From Capsulimonadales bacterium (GTDB lineage Bacteria > Armatimonadota > Armatimonadia > Armatimonadales > Armatimonadaceae): a stretch of 61,821 bases of DNA. Below the pieces are notes generated by a model. That model saw only the letters and a list, made by a program, of their open reading frames with translations. It had not been told where the DNA came from and ran no database searches. Within the stretch, counting starts at the first letter, position 1. Each line of letters begins with the position of its first letter. The position numbers and the translations under genes are program-made. This document shows positions 1 to 10,502 of this stretch, piece by piece. The DNA lies in NCBI GenBank assembly GCA_033762295.1, contig JANRLW010000058.1:1-61821 (forward strand), read 5' to 3'.

Positions 1-74
1 TCGATGAGCCAATGCCGAACTTGCCATGGTAACCTCCCCCGAACATTCCCCGGAGGAGGCCAAAACTCCTTCGT

Positions 75-704
75 TTACGGCGTCGGCGCGGGCGGGTCAG
101 GGAAAGTGACCGGCGGGGGCGGAGGGGGACCATCCGGGAAGACCACGGGCGGCGTCGGTGCGTTTTTCCCGTATCCCTCTTCGAACCCGCGCGCAAACTC
201 CTTCGCGCCCTGTTCCATACCGCGCGCCGCCTGTCCCATGACGACCCCTGCCGTACGCATCGCCTGCGGCAAAATCGCCATCGGGTTCTCGAAATCCATC
301 GTCATCGTCGGCCCACCCGGGAACGAGGGCAACTCCAGCGCATAGACGCGCCATTCCCCCTCCTCACGGCGCAGACGAAGACTCCGGACCTCGGCACCCG
401 TCTCGTCGGTCCACCGCACCGGAACGACCGCCGTTTCGCCCTGAATCGTCGGTTCCTCCACCTTGAAGCCGCCGACATTCCCCGTCTCTCGCTTCGGTGT
501 CGCCGTGTGTTCCTGAAAGTACGGACGGGCGCCCCGTGTCACCACCTGGCGCACGGCAGCGGCATCCTCGCGTCCCGACGCTTCGATAAAGGCGCGCGCC
601 ACCGAACGGACATCCGACGCATCGCTTCGACAGCCCATACTGGCAAAAATCGCCATGGCTGCCAGACCGCAGAAAAATGAGGAAAAAGACCGTCGCATTT
701 TCAT
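75..704 (-). CDS. Hypothetical lipoprotein (DUF4878/NTF2-like), Pro-rich C-terminus
   Basis: Signal peptide ending SMGC (lipobox-like); 'LRREEGEWRV' DUF4878-like end; poly-Pro tail. Confidence 0.65.
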   Translation of the reverse strand: MKMRRSFSSFFCGLAAMAIFASMGCRSDASDVRSVARAFIEASGREDAAAVRQVVTRGARPYFQEHTATPKRETGNVGGFKVEEPTIQGETAVVPVRWTDETGAEVRSLRLRREEGEWRVYALELPSFPGGPTMTMDFENPMAILPQAMRTAGVVMGQAARGMEQGAKEFARGFEEGYGKNAPTPPVVFPDGPPPPPPVTFPDPPAPTP

Positions 705-755
705 TCCCTTCCGGGAATAAGAAACGCGACGGTCTCCGATGGTTGCGATCCGGGC

Positions 756-1634
756 CTAAAGCCCGATACGGGATTCGTACTCCGCCACCCCGCGCACCGG
801 TCGGCCGTTCAGGGTCACGTCGCGCACCCGGAAGAGCGCGCCGGAAAAGCCGCCGTTCAGATCCTTGCGGTCGCCGCCCGCCGTCGTGACGTACAGGTCG
901 TCATACTCCGGACCGCCGAAGATACAGGAGGAGCAGATTTTCACCGGCATTTCCAGCTTGTACAGCAGGGTTCCCTCCGGCGAGTAGCATTCGACTCCGT
1001 AGCCGTCCCATTTCGCGGTCCAGAGGTTGCCTTCGGTATCGAGTGTCATGCCGTCCGGGACGCCGTTGGCCTCGTCCGTGACCACCACCACTTCCCGGTC
1101 GGAAATTGCGCCGGTCGTCTCATCGTACGCGAAGCGAAAGATTTCGCAGGTCGCTGAGTCGGTATAGTACATCGTCTTTCGGTCGGCGGTAAACGCCATC
1201 CCGTTCGAGCAGCCGATACCTTCGAGCACGACGGTCAGTGTGCCGTCCGTATCGAGCCGATAGAGACGGCCCGGTGTCTCCCCCGTGGGCATGGTGCCAC
1301 AGAAGACGCGCCCCTGCGGGTCGGCGATCACATCGTTGAACCGTGAGTCCCGTTCGGCCGGAATCTCGTCGATCAGGGTCTTGACGATCGCCCCGTCGCG
1401 GAACACCCGTACCGCGCCCCGGTCCATGAACAGTAGCAGCGAACCGTCCGCCTGAACCGTAAACCCGCCGACCGGGTCCCCCTGATAGATTTGCCGATAC
1501 TCCCGCGATTCGGTATCGAAGCGGAACAGGCGACCGGTATCGATATCGGTCCAGTAGACCGCCCGCTCACGGGCATGGTAGAGCGGTCCCTCCCCGCAGA
1601 CGCAGGAGTAGTCCGCCAGCATCTCGATTTGCAT
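756..1634 (-). CDS. SMP-30/gluconolactonase/LRE family protein
   Basis: GEGP, RFND, SNG and PDG motifs; GGAGGG SD upstream. Confidence 0.92.
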   Translation of the reverse strand: MQIEMLADYSCVCGEGPLYHARERAVYWTDIDTGRLFRFDTESREYRQIYQGDPVGGFTVQADGSLLLFMDRGAVRVFRDGAIVKTLIDEIPAERDSRFNDVIADPQGRVFCGTMPTGETPGRLYRLDTDGTLTVVLEGIGCSNGMAFTADRKTMYYTDSATCEIFRFAYDETTGAISDREVVVVTDEANGVPDGMTLDTEGNLWTAKWDGYGVECYSPEGTLLYKLEMPVKICSSCIFGGPEYDDLYVTTAGGDRKDLNGGFSGALFRVRDVTLNGRPVRGVAEYESRIGL

Positions 1635-1650
1635 ATCCCCTCCTGAAGCA

Positions 1651-1688
1651 GGGGCATCGGTTTCCGGGTGTCCGGAGACCGATGCCCC
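1651..1688. terminator. Intergenic GC-rich hairpin (terminator or mRNA-stabilising)
   Basis: ggggcatcggtttccgg...ccggagaccgatgcccc inverted repeat; no strong U-tract. Confidence 0.5.
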
Positions 1689-1700
1689 AATACCGGAAAA

Positions 1701-4211
1701 CTAGCCCGCGATGGTCTCGATTTTCCGGGCGTATTCCGTTGCTTTGATCACCGCCTCCTCCTGGCTGACCCCCTCGGCGAAGACATGGAAGACAGGTTCG
1801 GAGGCATCGGGCAGAATCAGTACCCAGTCCTGCTCGGACCGTGTCAGCTTGATCCCGTCGATCAGTTCAGTGCGGCCGGACTCCAGGCGCGACTCCTCGG
1901 TGAGGAGGCGCATGACCCGTCCCTTGGCTTCCCACGGACAGCGCACATCGATTCTGGAGAGGAAAACCGGCGGCAGTTCCGCCGCCACCGCCGACAGGGG
2001 CTGCTGGACCCAGGAGAGCATTTCCAGGGTTTTGGCGAAGGCGAAGAGTCCGTCGAACGCCGGATGGAAGTCCGGGAAGATGAACCCGCCGTCCAGATCG
2101 CCCGCCATCGCCACGTTCTCCGCCTTATGCGCCGCCTGAGTCATCAGGAAACGGGCATCCGTTTTGGTTCGGGCAACGCTTCCGTTCGTTCGGCGCATGA
2201 CCCCGTCGACCACCGACGGCGCAGTGACCGGAACCGCCACCTTCGCGCCGGGCCGGGTCTGCGCGACAAGCGAGGCGACCGTTCCCAGCAGACGCGCGCC
2301 GGTCAGGATTTCTCCCTTTTCATCGACCATGGCGATGCGTTCACCGTCGGAATGGATCAGGATGCCCATGTCATAGCGCAGGGTGAGAACGACCTGGGAC
2401 AGGTTGTAGAGCAGGGCTTCCCGCTCCTGTGGCGTCTTCGGCGCGCGCGCCCAGTCGGTATAGGCGTTCAGCGCGATGACATCGCACCCCAATCGCCCGA
2501 TCAGTTCCGGCAGGACGGTGGAGATGCGACCGTAGGCATAGTCGACCACGACCTTGAACCGCCGCCGTGAAATGTCGCGTACCGCCAGCTGGTCGGTAAA
2601 CTGCCGCGAATACTGCTCCAGGGTTCGGGACTCCAGCAGAATCTCGCCGACCTCGTCCATGTCGGCCCGTCCGTAGTCCTCGCGGAAGTAAATGGTTTCG
2701 ATCTTCCGCTCGGCGTTCTTGGTCAGGTAGATCCCCTGCTTATCGAAGAACTCGATGATGGTATTGCGCGGATGGTCCGGGTCGACGCGGACGTTCACAC
2801 CCGCCTGCGCGTTGTTGGCGCGGATGGCGAGGCGCATCAGGGGCAGCGGCAGGGTTTGAACGTCAAGCACATTGCAACCGACCGAGGAGAGACCGCACAG
2901 AACGGACCGTTTGATCATGCGGGAAGCCGGATGCGTGTCGCGGGCGGAGACGACCAGCGCCCCCTTCTTCAGGAACGCGCCGAAACACGCGCCCAGTTTC
3001 GTGGAAAATTCCGGCGTCATCTCGATATTGGTGATGCCGGGGACGCCCAGACCGCGGAACAGCGACGCATGGTGCTTCGATCCCCAGATCAGGGAGTCGG
3101 TCACCTGAGAGTCGCCCTCGATGACCTTATCGGGCCAGAGCTTGACCATGGTTCGGATGACCGCGCCCGGTTCGATATGACAACGGTCGCCGATGACCGC
3201 GCCCTCCATGATCTGCACCTTCTCCTTCATGGTGACGTTATTGCAGACGGTACAGGCGGTGGCGCGGGTCTCCTTGCCGATATAGACCGAGTTCCAGAGG
3301 ACGGCTTTCTCCAGCGTGGCGCCCTGCTCGACGATGGCATTATCGCCCAGAACGGTGTCGGGTTCGATGGTGGCCCCGGCCTTGACGCGGCAGTTGGTGC
3401 CGAAGATGACCGGACCGTGGATGCGGGCTTCCGGGTCGATTTCGGTGCCCTCGCCGACATATATGTTGCCGTTCAGTACGCGCCCCTCGATCGGAAGCTG
3501 CGTTTTCCCGTTCAGCATGTCGTACTGGGCCTGCCGGTACTGCTCCAGGGAACCGACATCGGTCCAGTACTCCTGCATGATATAGCCGAACAGTTCGCGT
3601 CGTTCGGCGAGCATGCGGGGGAAGATATCCTGCGACCAGTCGTAGTTGCGGTCGTGATCCATCAGGGCGAAGACGGTCGGTTCGAGGACGTACATTCCGG
3701 TATTGACCGTATCGGAAAAGACTTCGCCCCAGGACGGCTTTTCCAGGAAGCGTTTGATGCGTCCATCCTCCTCGGTCATGACGACGCCGAACTCGAGGGG
3801 GTTGTTGACGGATTGGAGGATCAGGGTCGCCTCGGCCTGGCGTTCTCGATGAAACGCGATCGCCTTGTCGATATCGAGGTCGGTCAGAGCGTCCCCGGAG
3901 ACGATAATGAACGTATCGTCATTGAGATACCGTTCGGCCTTCTTGACCGAACCGGCGGTTCCGAGCGGGGTATCCTCGATCGAATAGATGAGGTTGACTC
4001 CCATTTCCGAGCCGTCGCCGAAATAGTTCTGGATCTCCTCGGCGAGATAGTACAGCGTGACGACGATGTCGGTGATACCTGCCCGTTTCAGGTGTTCTAT
4101 GATGTGCTGTGCGATGGGCTTATTCAGAACCGGTACCAGCGGTTTTGGGCGATTGGAGGTGAGGGGGCGAAGCCGGGTCCCTTCCCCACCCGCCATTACG
4201 ACGGCTTTCAT
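1701..4211 (-). CDS. Mannose-1-phosphate guanylyltransferase / phosphomannomutase-like fusion
   Basis: N-terminal [12 protein letters not shown]...KP nucleotidyltransferase, hexapeptide beta-helix, C-terminal PGM/PMM-like domains. Confidence 0.9.
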   Translation of the reverse strand: MKAVVMAGGEGTRLRPLTSNRPKPLVPVLNKPIAQHIIEHLKRAGITDIVVTLYYLAEEIQNYFGDGSEMGVNLIYSIEDTPLGTAGSVKKAERYLNDDTFIIVSGDALTDLDIDKAIAFHRERQAEATLILQSVNNPLEFGVVMTEEDGRIKRFLEKPSWGEVFSDTVNTGMYVLEPTVFALMDHDRNYDWSQDIFPRMLAERRELFGYIMQEYWTDVGSLEQYRQAQYDMLNGKTQLPIEGRVLNGNIYVGEGTEIDPEARIHGPVIFGTNCRVKAGATIEPDTVLGDNAIVEQGATLEKAVLWNSVYIGKETRATACTVCNNVTMKEKVQIMEGAVIGDRCHIEPGAVIRTMVKLWPDKVIEGDSQVTDSLIWGSKHHASLFRGLGVPGITNIEMTPEFSTKLGACFGAFLKKGALVVSARDTHPASRMIKRSVLCGLSSVGCNVLDVQTLPLPLMRLAIRANNAQAGVNVRVDPDHPRNTIIEFFDKQGIYLTKNAERKIETIYFREDYGRADMDEVGEILLESRTLEQYSRQFTDQLAVRDISRRRFKVVVDYAYGRISTVLPELIGRLGCDVIALNAYTDWARAPKTPQEREALLYNLSQVVLTLRYDMGILIHSDGERIAMVDEKGEILTGARLLGTVASLVAQTRPGAKVAVPVTAPSVVDGVMRRTNGSVARTKTDARFLMTQAAHKAENVAMAGDLDGGFIFPDFHPAFDGLFAFAKTLEMLSWVQQPLSAVAAELPPVFLSRIDVRCPWEAKGRVMRLLTEESRLESGRTELIDGIKLTRSEQDWVLILPDASEPVFHVFAEGVSQEEAVIKATEYARKIETIAG

Positions 4212-4335
4212 TGACAGTCCCCTTAATCCTTACGGAAACGTTGTTCCGCCCTGATAATACCTGCTTCGCGCCGTCGTTCGTTCATTCCTCCTTCGTCGAA
4301 ACCGCTTCCGGGAAACCGGTAACGCCCTGCGAAAA

Positions 4336-4683
4336 TCAACGTTCGGCGGCCCAGTCGGCGCGGGGCGGCGAGAAAACATCCATCAGCACCGACGCGTCGA
4401 TCGCCCGCGCGGCGTGCGGCACGTTCGCCGGTAGATAGATCACCTCTCCGGCGGAAACGCTCGTTGCCTTCCCGGCGACCAGGAACTCCATCCTTCCCGA
4501 AAGCACCAGGGTCATCTGCTCGTTCTCATGGACATGCTCCGCGATCGCCGCGCCCGCCTCGAAGGTCACCCGCGCCATCGTCAGCCGCTCGCCGCTGAAA
4601 AACCGGCGCAGTACCGCGCCGCCCGTCGAGGGTATCGTCGCCTCCGCAAGGACGTCCCAGTTCAATACTTCCGTCGCTTTCAT
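4336..4683 (-). CDS. Cupin domain protein
   Basis: HVHENEQ and PANVPH cupin motifs; AGGAG SD. Confidence 0.88.
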   Translation of the reverse strand: MKATEVLNWDVLAEATIPSTGGAVLRRFFSGERLTMARVTFEAGAAIAEHVHENEQMTLVLSGRMEFLVAGKATSVSAGEVIYLPANVPHAARAIDASVLMDVFSPPRADWAAER

Positions 4684-4721
4684 GCTTCTCCTGTGTCCGT
4701 TCCGAAAATCTATTGACGGTT

Positions 4722-7142
4722 CTATTTGCTGTCCGGCGGCGTCGAGTCAACGCTTTCCAGACGGCGAACGTATGACGCGACCGCGCCGGGAAACCAGCCG
4801 GGAGTTCCCGCAGGCGGCGTTTTTCCGAGTGTTCGCAGGTCGGACAGAAGGTCCTTCTCCTTCCGTTCCACAATCACGTCCAGAGCCGCGAACAGAACCC
4901 CCATCTCCGACGACCTCAGGCACTCCTTCAGAATCCGCCGGGCCTCCGGGTCCCCCTCCGGCAATCCGACGATCGCTCGAATCCCGGTCGATCTCATCCG
5001 TTCGTTCGGGTCTTTTAACGCCTGCGCAAGCAGCGTGCCCCCTTCCTGCTGTTCCCACCGGAGAATCGCGCCCAGCGCCGCCGAATAAACGGCATACGGC
5101 GCCTTCGGCCCGATCATCGATCGGATCGCGCGGGAATCCTCCTCCGTTTTCGGCAACATCGCCAGGGCGCGTACCGCCTGCGCCTGCCGGTCCGAATCAG
5201 GATGCTTGAGTTCGTTGCGAAACAGCGGACGCAGGTCCTCCCGCTTCAGGTTCGCCAACGGCATGATATTCGTGAACGCCGGAAACGCGCCCCGGTCCTC
5301 GGCGATGGCGGCGGCGGCGATCCGCACCGACTCTTCCGAGGGGGATTCCTTCAACATGGCGTTCAGTGCCGTCTGACGGTCGATGCAGTTCGGGGCGTAC
5401 CGAACGACGCCGGGCAGTTCGGACGCCGCGAACGTATGCTTCATTTCGCGCAGGAAAGCGTGATCCGGGTCGAGAATCACGGCATCGGGCCTGGCCGCCT
5501 TCCGCGTGATCTTCTGCTCGGAGGCGTTCAGCGTTACGGGGAAACGTTCCCACTTCCCGCCCGACAGGACACCGATCTCGGTCGGGAGATTATAAACGGG
5601 GGCGCCGTCCTTCGTGTCCTGCACCTGCTTCACCGTCACGGTCAGTTCACCGGCCCCGTCGTCGTAGGTCCAGGCGTATTCCAGAACCGGGTGACCGGGC
5701 TTGAAGATCCACTGGTCGAAAAACGGCTGAACGTTCACCCCGGAGGCGTCCGTCAATGCCCGGATCAGGTCGGACGTTTCGACCGGCGTATGCCGCCCCT
5801 TCGTCAGATACAGCTGGATTCCCTGGAAGAAGGCCGAATCGCCGAGTTGACGGCGAAGGGTATGCAGGATGGCCGCGCCTTTCGGGTAGGTGTGGGAGTC
5901 GAACAGGCTGTCCGGATGGGGGTACAGGTTGGTGGCGACCGGTCGCTGGTACCGCCGGGCTTCCCCGAAGTATCCCTGCATCGCCCCCTCGATCTCACGG
6001 TCGTACCCGTTTTTCCCACGGCTATGCTCGAAGTAGAGAGCCTCGAAATAGGTGGCGAATGATTCGTTCAGCCAGATATTGCCCCAGTCCCGGCAGGTCA
6101 CCAGGTCGCCGAACCACTGGTGGGCCAGCTCGTGCGAGTTGAGCGCCGCCATCGTTCGAAAACCGTCCCGACCGTCCGTGAGGGAGTTCGCGCCCAGGGT
6201 GGTGGAGGAAACATTCTCCATTCCGCCGCCGAAATCGTACATGGCATTCTGCGCATACTTCGGCCAGGGGTATTTGACGCCGGTAATCCTCGAGAAGAAG
6301 GAAAGCATATCCGGGGTATCGCCGAACGACGTATCGATCAGGCCGCCTTTCCCCTTCGGGACGACGTACAGCAACGGCTTCCCCTCCCACTTCGCCTCCT
6401 TGATATCGAACGGTCCGGCGACCAGGGACAACAGATAAGTGGCGTGCGGCTGGTTCATCTTCCAGTGGACGGTTCGTCGGTTGCCGGATACCTTGTCGCT
6501 GAGTTTGACGCCGTTACCGATGACGGACCAGTCGGCAGGGACCGTCGTGGTCGTTTCGGTCGTTGCAAAATCGTTGGGATAGTCCCAGGTCGGCGCCCAT
6601 TGCTGATTGCCGGCCGTCTCGCCCTGGGTCCAGAAACCGACCCGGTTGGGATCGTCGGGGCGGGTCTCGATCCAGTGGAAACCGCCGTCTCCGCCGAAAC
6701 CGCTGCCCTGCGCCTTGCCGCCGGTGTAACGGATGGCGACCGTCACTTCCTGGCCCGGGACAAACATCCGGCGCACCCGGGGGGTTACCGTCAGAAGATT
6801 GTCCTTGCGCTCGAAGGTGGCCGGAGAACCGTTCACCTCACAGGCGGATACGTTCAGGTCCCGTCCGCAGTGAAATTTGAACGAAGCGAGTCCCTCGGCG
6901 CGGATCGGCACAAGAGTGTTGACCGTGGTCCCGGCAAACGTCCGGCCCGGCCAGTCCACATCCAGCGTCACGGCCAGATGTTTCAGATCGTAATCACGGT
7001 CCGGCGCGTAGAAGACTTTCGCTCGCGGAGGTTTGAACGGATTTCCCGGAGACTGACCGAGGACCGGCGACAAACCGATGCCCAGGAGCACGGCGGAAAG
7101 GGCGACACGGGAAAGGACAGGGGGACGGAACGGTCGTTTCAT
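4722..7142 (-). CDS. pepN: Secreted M1 family aminopeptidase with C-terminal HEAT-like repeats
   Basis: GGMEN, HELAH-x18-E, YPKG motifs; signal peptide. Confidence 0.9.
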   Translation of the reverse strand: MKRPFRPPVLSRVALSAVLLGIGLSPVLGQSPGNPFKPPRAKVFYAPDRDYDLKHLAVTLDVDWPGRTFAGTTVNTLVPIRAEGLASFKFHCGRDLNVSACEVNGSPATFERKDNLLTVTPRVRRMFVPGQEVTVAIRYTGGKAQGSGFGGDGGFHWIETRPDDPNRVGFWTQGETAGNQQWAPTWDYPNDFATTETTTTVPADWSVIGNGVKLSDKVSGNRRTVHWKMNQPHATYLLSLVAGPFDIKEAKWEGKPLLYVVPKGKGGLIDTSFGDTPDMLSFFSRITGVKYPWPKYAQNAMYDFGGGMENVSSTTLGANSLTDGRDGFRTMAALNSHELAHQWFGDLVTCRDWGNIWLNESFATYFEALYFEHSRGKNGYDREIEGAMQGYFGEARRYQRPVATNLYPHPDSLFDSHTYPKGAAILHTLRRQLGDSAFFQGIQLYLTKGRHTPVETSDLIRALTDASGVNVQPFFDQWIFKPGHPVLEYAWTYDDGAGELTVTVKQVQDTKDGAPVYNLPTEIGVLSGGKWERFPVTLNASEQKITRKAARPDAVILDPDHAFLREMKHTFAASELPGVVRYAPNCIDRQTALNAMLKESPSEESVRIAAAAIAEDRGAFPAFTNIMPLANLKREDLRPLFRNELKHPDSDRQAQAVRALAMLPKTEEDSRAIRSMIGPKAPYAVYSAALGAILRWEQQEGGTLLAQALKDPNERMRSTGIRAIVGLPEGDPEARRILKECLRSSEMGVLFAALDVIVERKEKDLLSDLRTLGKTPPAGTPGWFPGAVASYVRRLESVDSTPPDSK

Positions 7143-7181
7143 AGGGAAAATATATCACAGTCGGTGGCGCGAAAACCGCCA

Positions 7182-7208
7182 TCGCCGGTTGAATTGCTCA
7201 ACCGGCGA
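7182..7208. terminator. 11-bp stem hairpin downstream of the PhyH gene
   Basis: tcgccggttga-attgc-tcaaccggcga. Confidence 0.5.
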
Positions 7209-7253
7209 CGAGCGAAAACGGCACGGACCCCCATGTGACCCGGTGTGACCCGA

Positions 7254-8117
7254 TCAGCTTTCCTGGGGCGGCTTATAACCGTGGGGCGCACGGATATGGT
7301 CGATCGGCCCGTCGACGAACTCGGCCACCGTCTCCAGGTCCGGGTGCTTCAGCAGTTCCTCGGCTTCCCGGGCGAACTTCAGGGGTCCCGGCTTCCCCAA
7401 CCAGGTCACCTGATGGATCATGGCGATCATCGGGCGCGGAACGTCGGTCCGATTCGGCATTCCGGCATGCCACAGCCGGATGTCACGAATCAGGATACTG
7501 CCCGCACTGACATCGGGTTGGATCGGCGGTCGCTTCTCGCGCCAGGGAGCCAGGTGCTCCTCCGACAGTTCGATCGGATCGTAGATGGAAACGGCCGTAT
7601 CCCGGTGCGTCCCCGGCCAGATCTCGGTCGCGCCGTTTTCCGCGCTCATATCGACCAGGGGAACGTTCACCACCAGGTGCGACGCCGGGGCGGGCGGTTC
7701 CGAACTTCGCCACAGGTGTCCGTGATCGGCATGTACCGGCTGCCGGCTGTCCGATTTCAACGCGGTATTCCCGCTGTAGAATCCGTTATAGACTTTCGGT
7801 CCCAGCACCGCCGTGGTCACCTGAATCACCAGGTCGTTGACCAGAACATCCCGAAAGAGATAGGGCGGAAACGGGGGCGGGTCCTGCTGGATATTCCCGG
7901 TGTTCCAGTTGTACGGCGCGTCGGGACGCGCCACCAGTTCCCGAACATCGGCGATCAGACGATCCCGCAACAGGGCGATATGCTCGGGATCGACGATCCG
8001 TTCCAGCACGACGAACCCGTCGTCCCGAATCGCACGGACCGCGCGATTCAGGTGGTCGTCCGACAGTTTTCCGGCCTCAATCTCGCCGGGGGTCACAGGC
8101 AGGGAAATCATCAACAT
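7254..8117 (-). CDS. Phytanoyl-CoA dioxygenase (PhyH) family Fe/2-OG dioxygenase
   Basis: DGFVVL, HAD, NGAT..PGTH and WHAG..N motifs. Confidence 0.88.
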   Translation of the reverse strand: MLMISLPVTPGEIEAGKLSDDHLNRAVRAIRDDGFVVLERIVDPEHIALLRDRLIADVRELVARPDAPYNWNTGNIQQDPPPFPPYLFRDVLVNDLVIQVTTAVLGPKVYNGFYSGNTALKSDSRQPVHADHGHLWRSSEPPAPASHLVVNVPLVDMSAENGATEIWPGTHRDTAVSIYDPIELSEEHLAPWREKRPPIQPDVSAGSILIRDIRLWHAGMPNRTDVPRPMIAMIHQVTWLGKPGPLKFAREAEELLKHPDLETVAEFVDGPIDHIRAPHGYKPPQES

Positions 8118-8135
8118 TCTCCGGCGCGATCACCC

Positions 8136-9101
8136 TCAGGCGTCACGCAGATCCTGAAACAGGAGGGTGGATAGATACCGTTCGGCGTTCGAAGGTATAA
8201 TCGTGACGATCAGTTTTCCTTCGTTTTCGGCACGCTTACCGACCTGTACGGCGGCGTGAACCGCGCCACCCGACGAAATACCGATCGCGAGACCCTCCTC
8301 TTTCATCACCCGTCGGGCCATAGCGACCGATTCCTCGTTGGTGACCTGAAAGACTTCATCCACCCCACCGACATCGAGAATATCCGGAATGAAGCCCGCG
8401 CCGATTCCCTGGATCTTGTGCGGACCGGGTTGCAACGGCTGCCCGGACTTGAACTGGGTGATAACCGGCGAGTGAACCGGCTCGACGCCGACCGTTCGGA
8501 ACGAAGGCTTTCGCGACTTGATCACCTCGGCGACACCGGTGATCGTTCCGCCGGTACCGATACCGGAGATCAGGATATCCGCCGTTCCGTCGGTATCGTT
8601 CCAGATCTCCTCGGCGGTCGTCCGTCGATGTATTTCGGGATTGGCCGGATTTTTGAACTGCTGCGGCATGAAGGTGTTCTCCGGGTCCTGAGCCAGGATC
8701 TCCTCCGCGGCGGCGATCGCCCCCTTCATACCCTTGGCTCCCTCGGTCAGTACCAGTTCCGCTCCGTATCCCTTCAGCAGGAGGCGACGTTCGGTACTCA
8801 TCGTCTCCGGCATGCAGAGGATCAGACGATAGCCTTTGGCGGCGCAGGTAAAGGCCAGCGCGATTCCGGTATTGCCGGACGTCGGTTCGACGATGGTCGT
8901 CCTGCCGGGCGTGATCCGGCCCGCCTTTTCGGCGTCTTCGATCATATTGACACCGATCCGGTCCTTCACGGAAAGCCCCGGGTTCAGATACTCAAGTTTG
9001 AGCACGATTTCGGCGACGACGCCTTCCGCCTTCGGTATGCGCCGGAGTCGAACCAGCGGCGTATTGCCGATCAGTTCGGTCGGGTCATTGAAAATCCGCA
9101 T
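8136..9101 (-). CDS. cysK: Cysteine synthase A
   Basis: SVKDRIG PLP lysine, [20 protein letters not shown]. Confidence 0.97.
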   Translation of the reverse strand: MRIFNDPTELIGNTPLVRLRRIPKAEGVVAEIVLKLEYLNPGLSVKDRIGVNMIEDAEKAGRITPGRTTIVEPTSGNTGIALAFTCAAKGYRLILCMPETMSTERRLLLKGYGAELVLTEGAKGMKGAIAAAEEILAQDPENTFMPQQFKNPANPEIHRRTTAEEIWNDTDGTADILISGIGTGGTITGVAEVIKSRKPSFRTVGVEPVHSPVITQFKSGQPLQPGPHKIQGIGAGFIPDILDVGGVDEVFQVTNEESVAMARRVMKEEGLAIGISSGGAVHAAVQVGKRAENEGKLIVTIIPSNAERYLSTLLFQDLRDA

Positions 9102-9155
9102 CGAAACGCTCCTTATGGGCCAATGTCTGTGCTTCCGGATGCCTGTCCGGAAATT

Positions 9156-9608
9156 CTAGATATGCATCATGTAACTGACGTCGCGCAGCGTCGTGCTGCG
9201 CCGATCGAGCAGGTCCTGCAGGGTCGTCTGGTCGGCGACGGAGCGGATGGCGGTCCGAATCCCCTCCCATACCCCTCGCACGATAGCCGCCTCGGCGATG
9301 TCCCGCGTGTTCGGGTCGGTATCGCCGGTGACCAGTTCGGTCGGCACCAGCGGTCCGGAGAGGGCGCGAAGCACCTGCCCGACCGTGATCCGTTCCGGCG
9401 ACGTCGCCAGCGAGTATCCCCCGCCCGCGCCGCGCGTCGATCGAACGACCTCCGCCCGGCGTAACGCCGCCAGCAGCTGCTCCAGAAACTGCTCCGGTAT
9501 CCGCTGCCGGGCCGCGATTTCGCGTGTCTGAACCGGTCCCGCCGTCGAATGGACCGCCAGATCAAGCACGGCCCGCAGACCGTAATCCTCTTTTGCCGTA
9601 AAATTCAT
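9156..9608 (-). CDS. cymR: Rrf2 family regulator, CymR-like
   Basis: Rrf2 HTH (EQLL..LRR..V.STRGAGGGY); no Cys; C-terminal YMMHI; directly upstream of cysK. Confidence 0.8.
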   Translation of the reverse strand: MNFTAKEDYGLRAVLDLAVHSTAGPVQTREIAARQRIPEQFLEQLLAALRRAEVVRSTRGAGGGYSLATSPERITVGQVLRALSGPLVPTELVTGDTDPNTRDIAEAAIVRGVWEGIRTAIRSVADQTTLQDLLDRRSTTLRDVSYMMHI

Positions 9609-9695
9609 GGTCTTTCCACCCGGGTTCCGCCCCACCATTTCAGAGTAATCCTATCAACAATATACCCTATATGGTTGAGCAACGGCAACGGTGCC

Positions 9696-10499
9696 TTATT
9701 TCCGGCCCGCCGCGACTCCCTGATTCGCCAGTTTATCCGCCAGCGCGTTTTGCTCCCGCGGCACATAGGTCACGGTCGCGGTCTCAAACCGCGCCAGCAG
9801 CTTTTTCGCTTCCGCATGCAGGGGAAGAATCGTCGGCGCGGTCACCCGGTATCCGCCCGAGACCTGTCGGGCCATCAACTGGCTGTCCGTTCGCACCTCC
9901 AGCCGCGCCACGCCGCGCAACAACGCCTCCTGCAGTCCGCGGATCAATGCCCGATATTCGGCGACATTGTTGGTGGTTTCCTCGATCGGTTCACCCCGCG
10001 CCACGATCGGGTTCTCCGGGTCACCGGCCCTGAACAGGACGAAACCGATCCCCGCCGGACCGGGATTCCCTTTGGACGCGCCGTCCGTCTGGAGAACATA
10101 CCCTGCCTCCGCCGGCGTGTCCGCCGTTCGCTCCCGTACGGCGATCGCGCCGTTTTCCGGGGGGGTCTCCCGCGACCTGGTCACCAGAATTTGCAGTTCC
10201 GCTTCCGATCGGAGGGTCGCCCCATCCGCGAGAACCCCGGCGTAGACAGCGCCGTCACGGTCGCACACGGTAACGATCGGTTCGTCCGCCGCGCCCGTCA
10301 GAGGACCGTTCAGTGCGAGGAGTCGGACCTCTCCCTCGATTCGGCGAAGGCGTCCCTCACCGATCCGCAGATGGACGCCGACCATCTCCCCGGTCACCGA
10401 CAGGCAGAATCCGGCCTCGATTCCTTCCCCCGCTAACCGCGTCCGCAGCGATGGCAGGGGGTTTTCCCCCGCCGGAAGTCGGAGCATGACCAAACGCAT
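9696..10499 (-). CDS. PPC/DUF296-like domain fused to ribonuclease HI
   Basis: C-terminal TDGASKGNPGPAG, TNNVAEY, TDS, NALADKLA; N-terminal ~105 aa follow the PPC pattern. Confidence 0.85.
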   Translation of the reverse strand: MRLVMLRLPAGENPLPSLRTRLAGEGIEAGFCLSVTGEMVGVHLRIGEGRLRRIEGEVRLLALNGPLTGAADEPIVTVCDRDGAVYAGVLADGATLRSEAELQILVTRSRETPPENGAIAVRERTADTPAEAGYVLQTDGASKGNPGPAGIGFVLFRAGDPENPIVARGEPIEETTNNVAEYRALIRGLQEALLRGVARLEVRTDSQLMARQVSGGYRVTAPTILPLHAEAKKLLARFETATVTYVPREQNALADKLANQGVAAGRK

Positions 10500-10502
10500 G
10501 CG

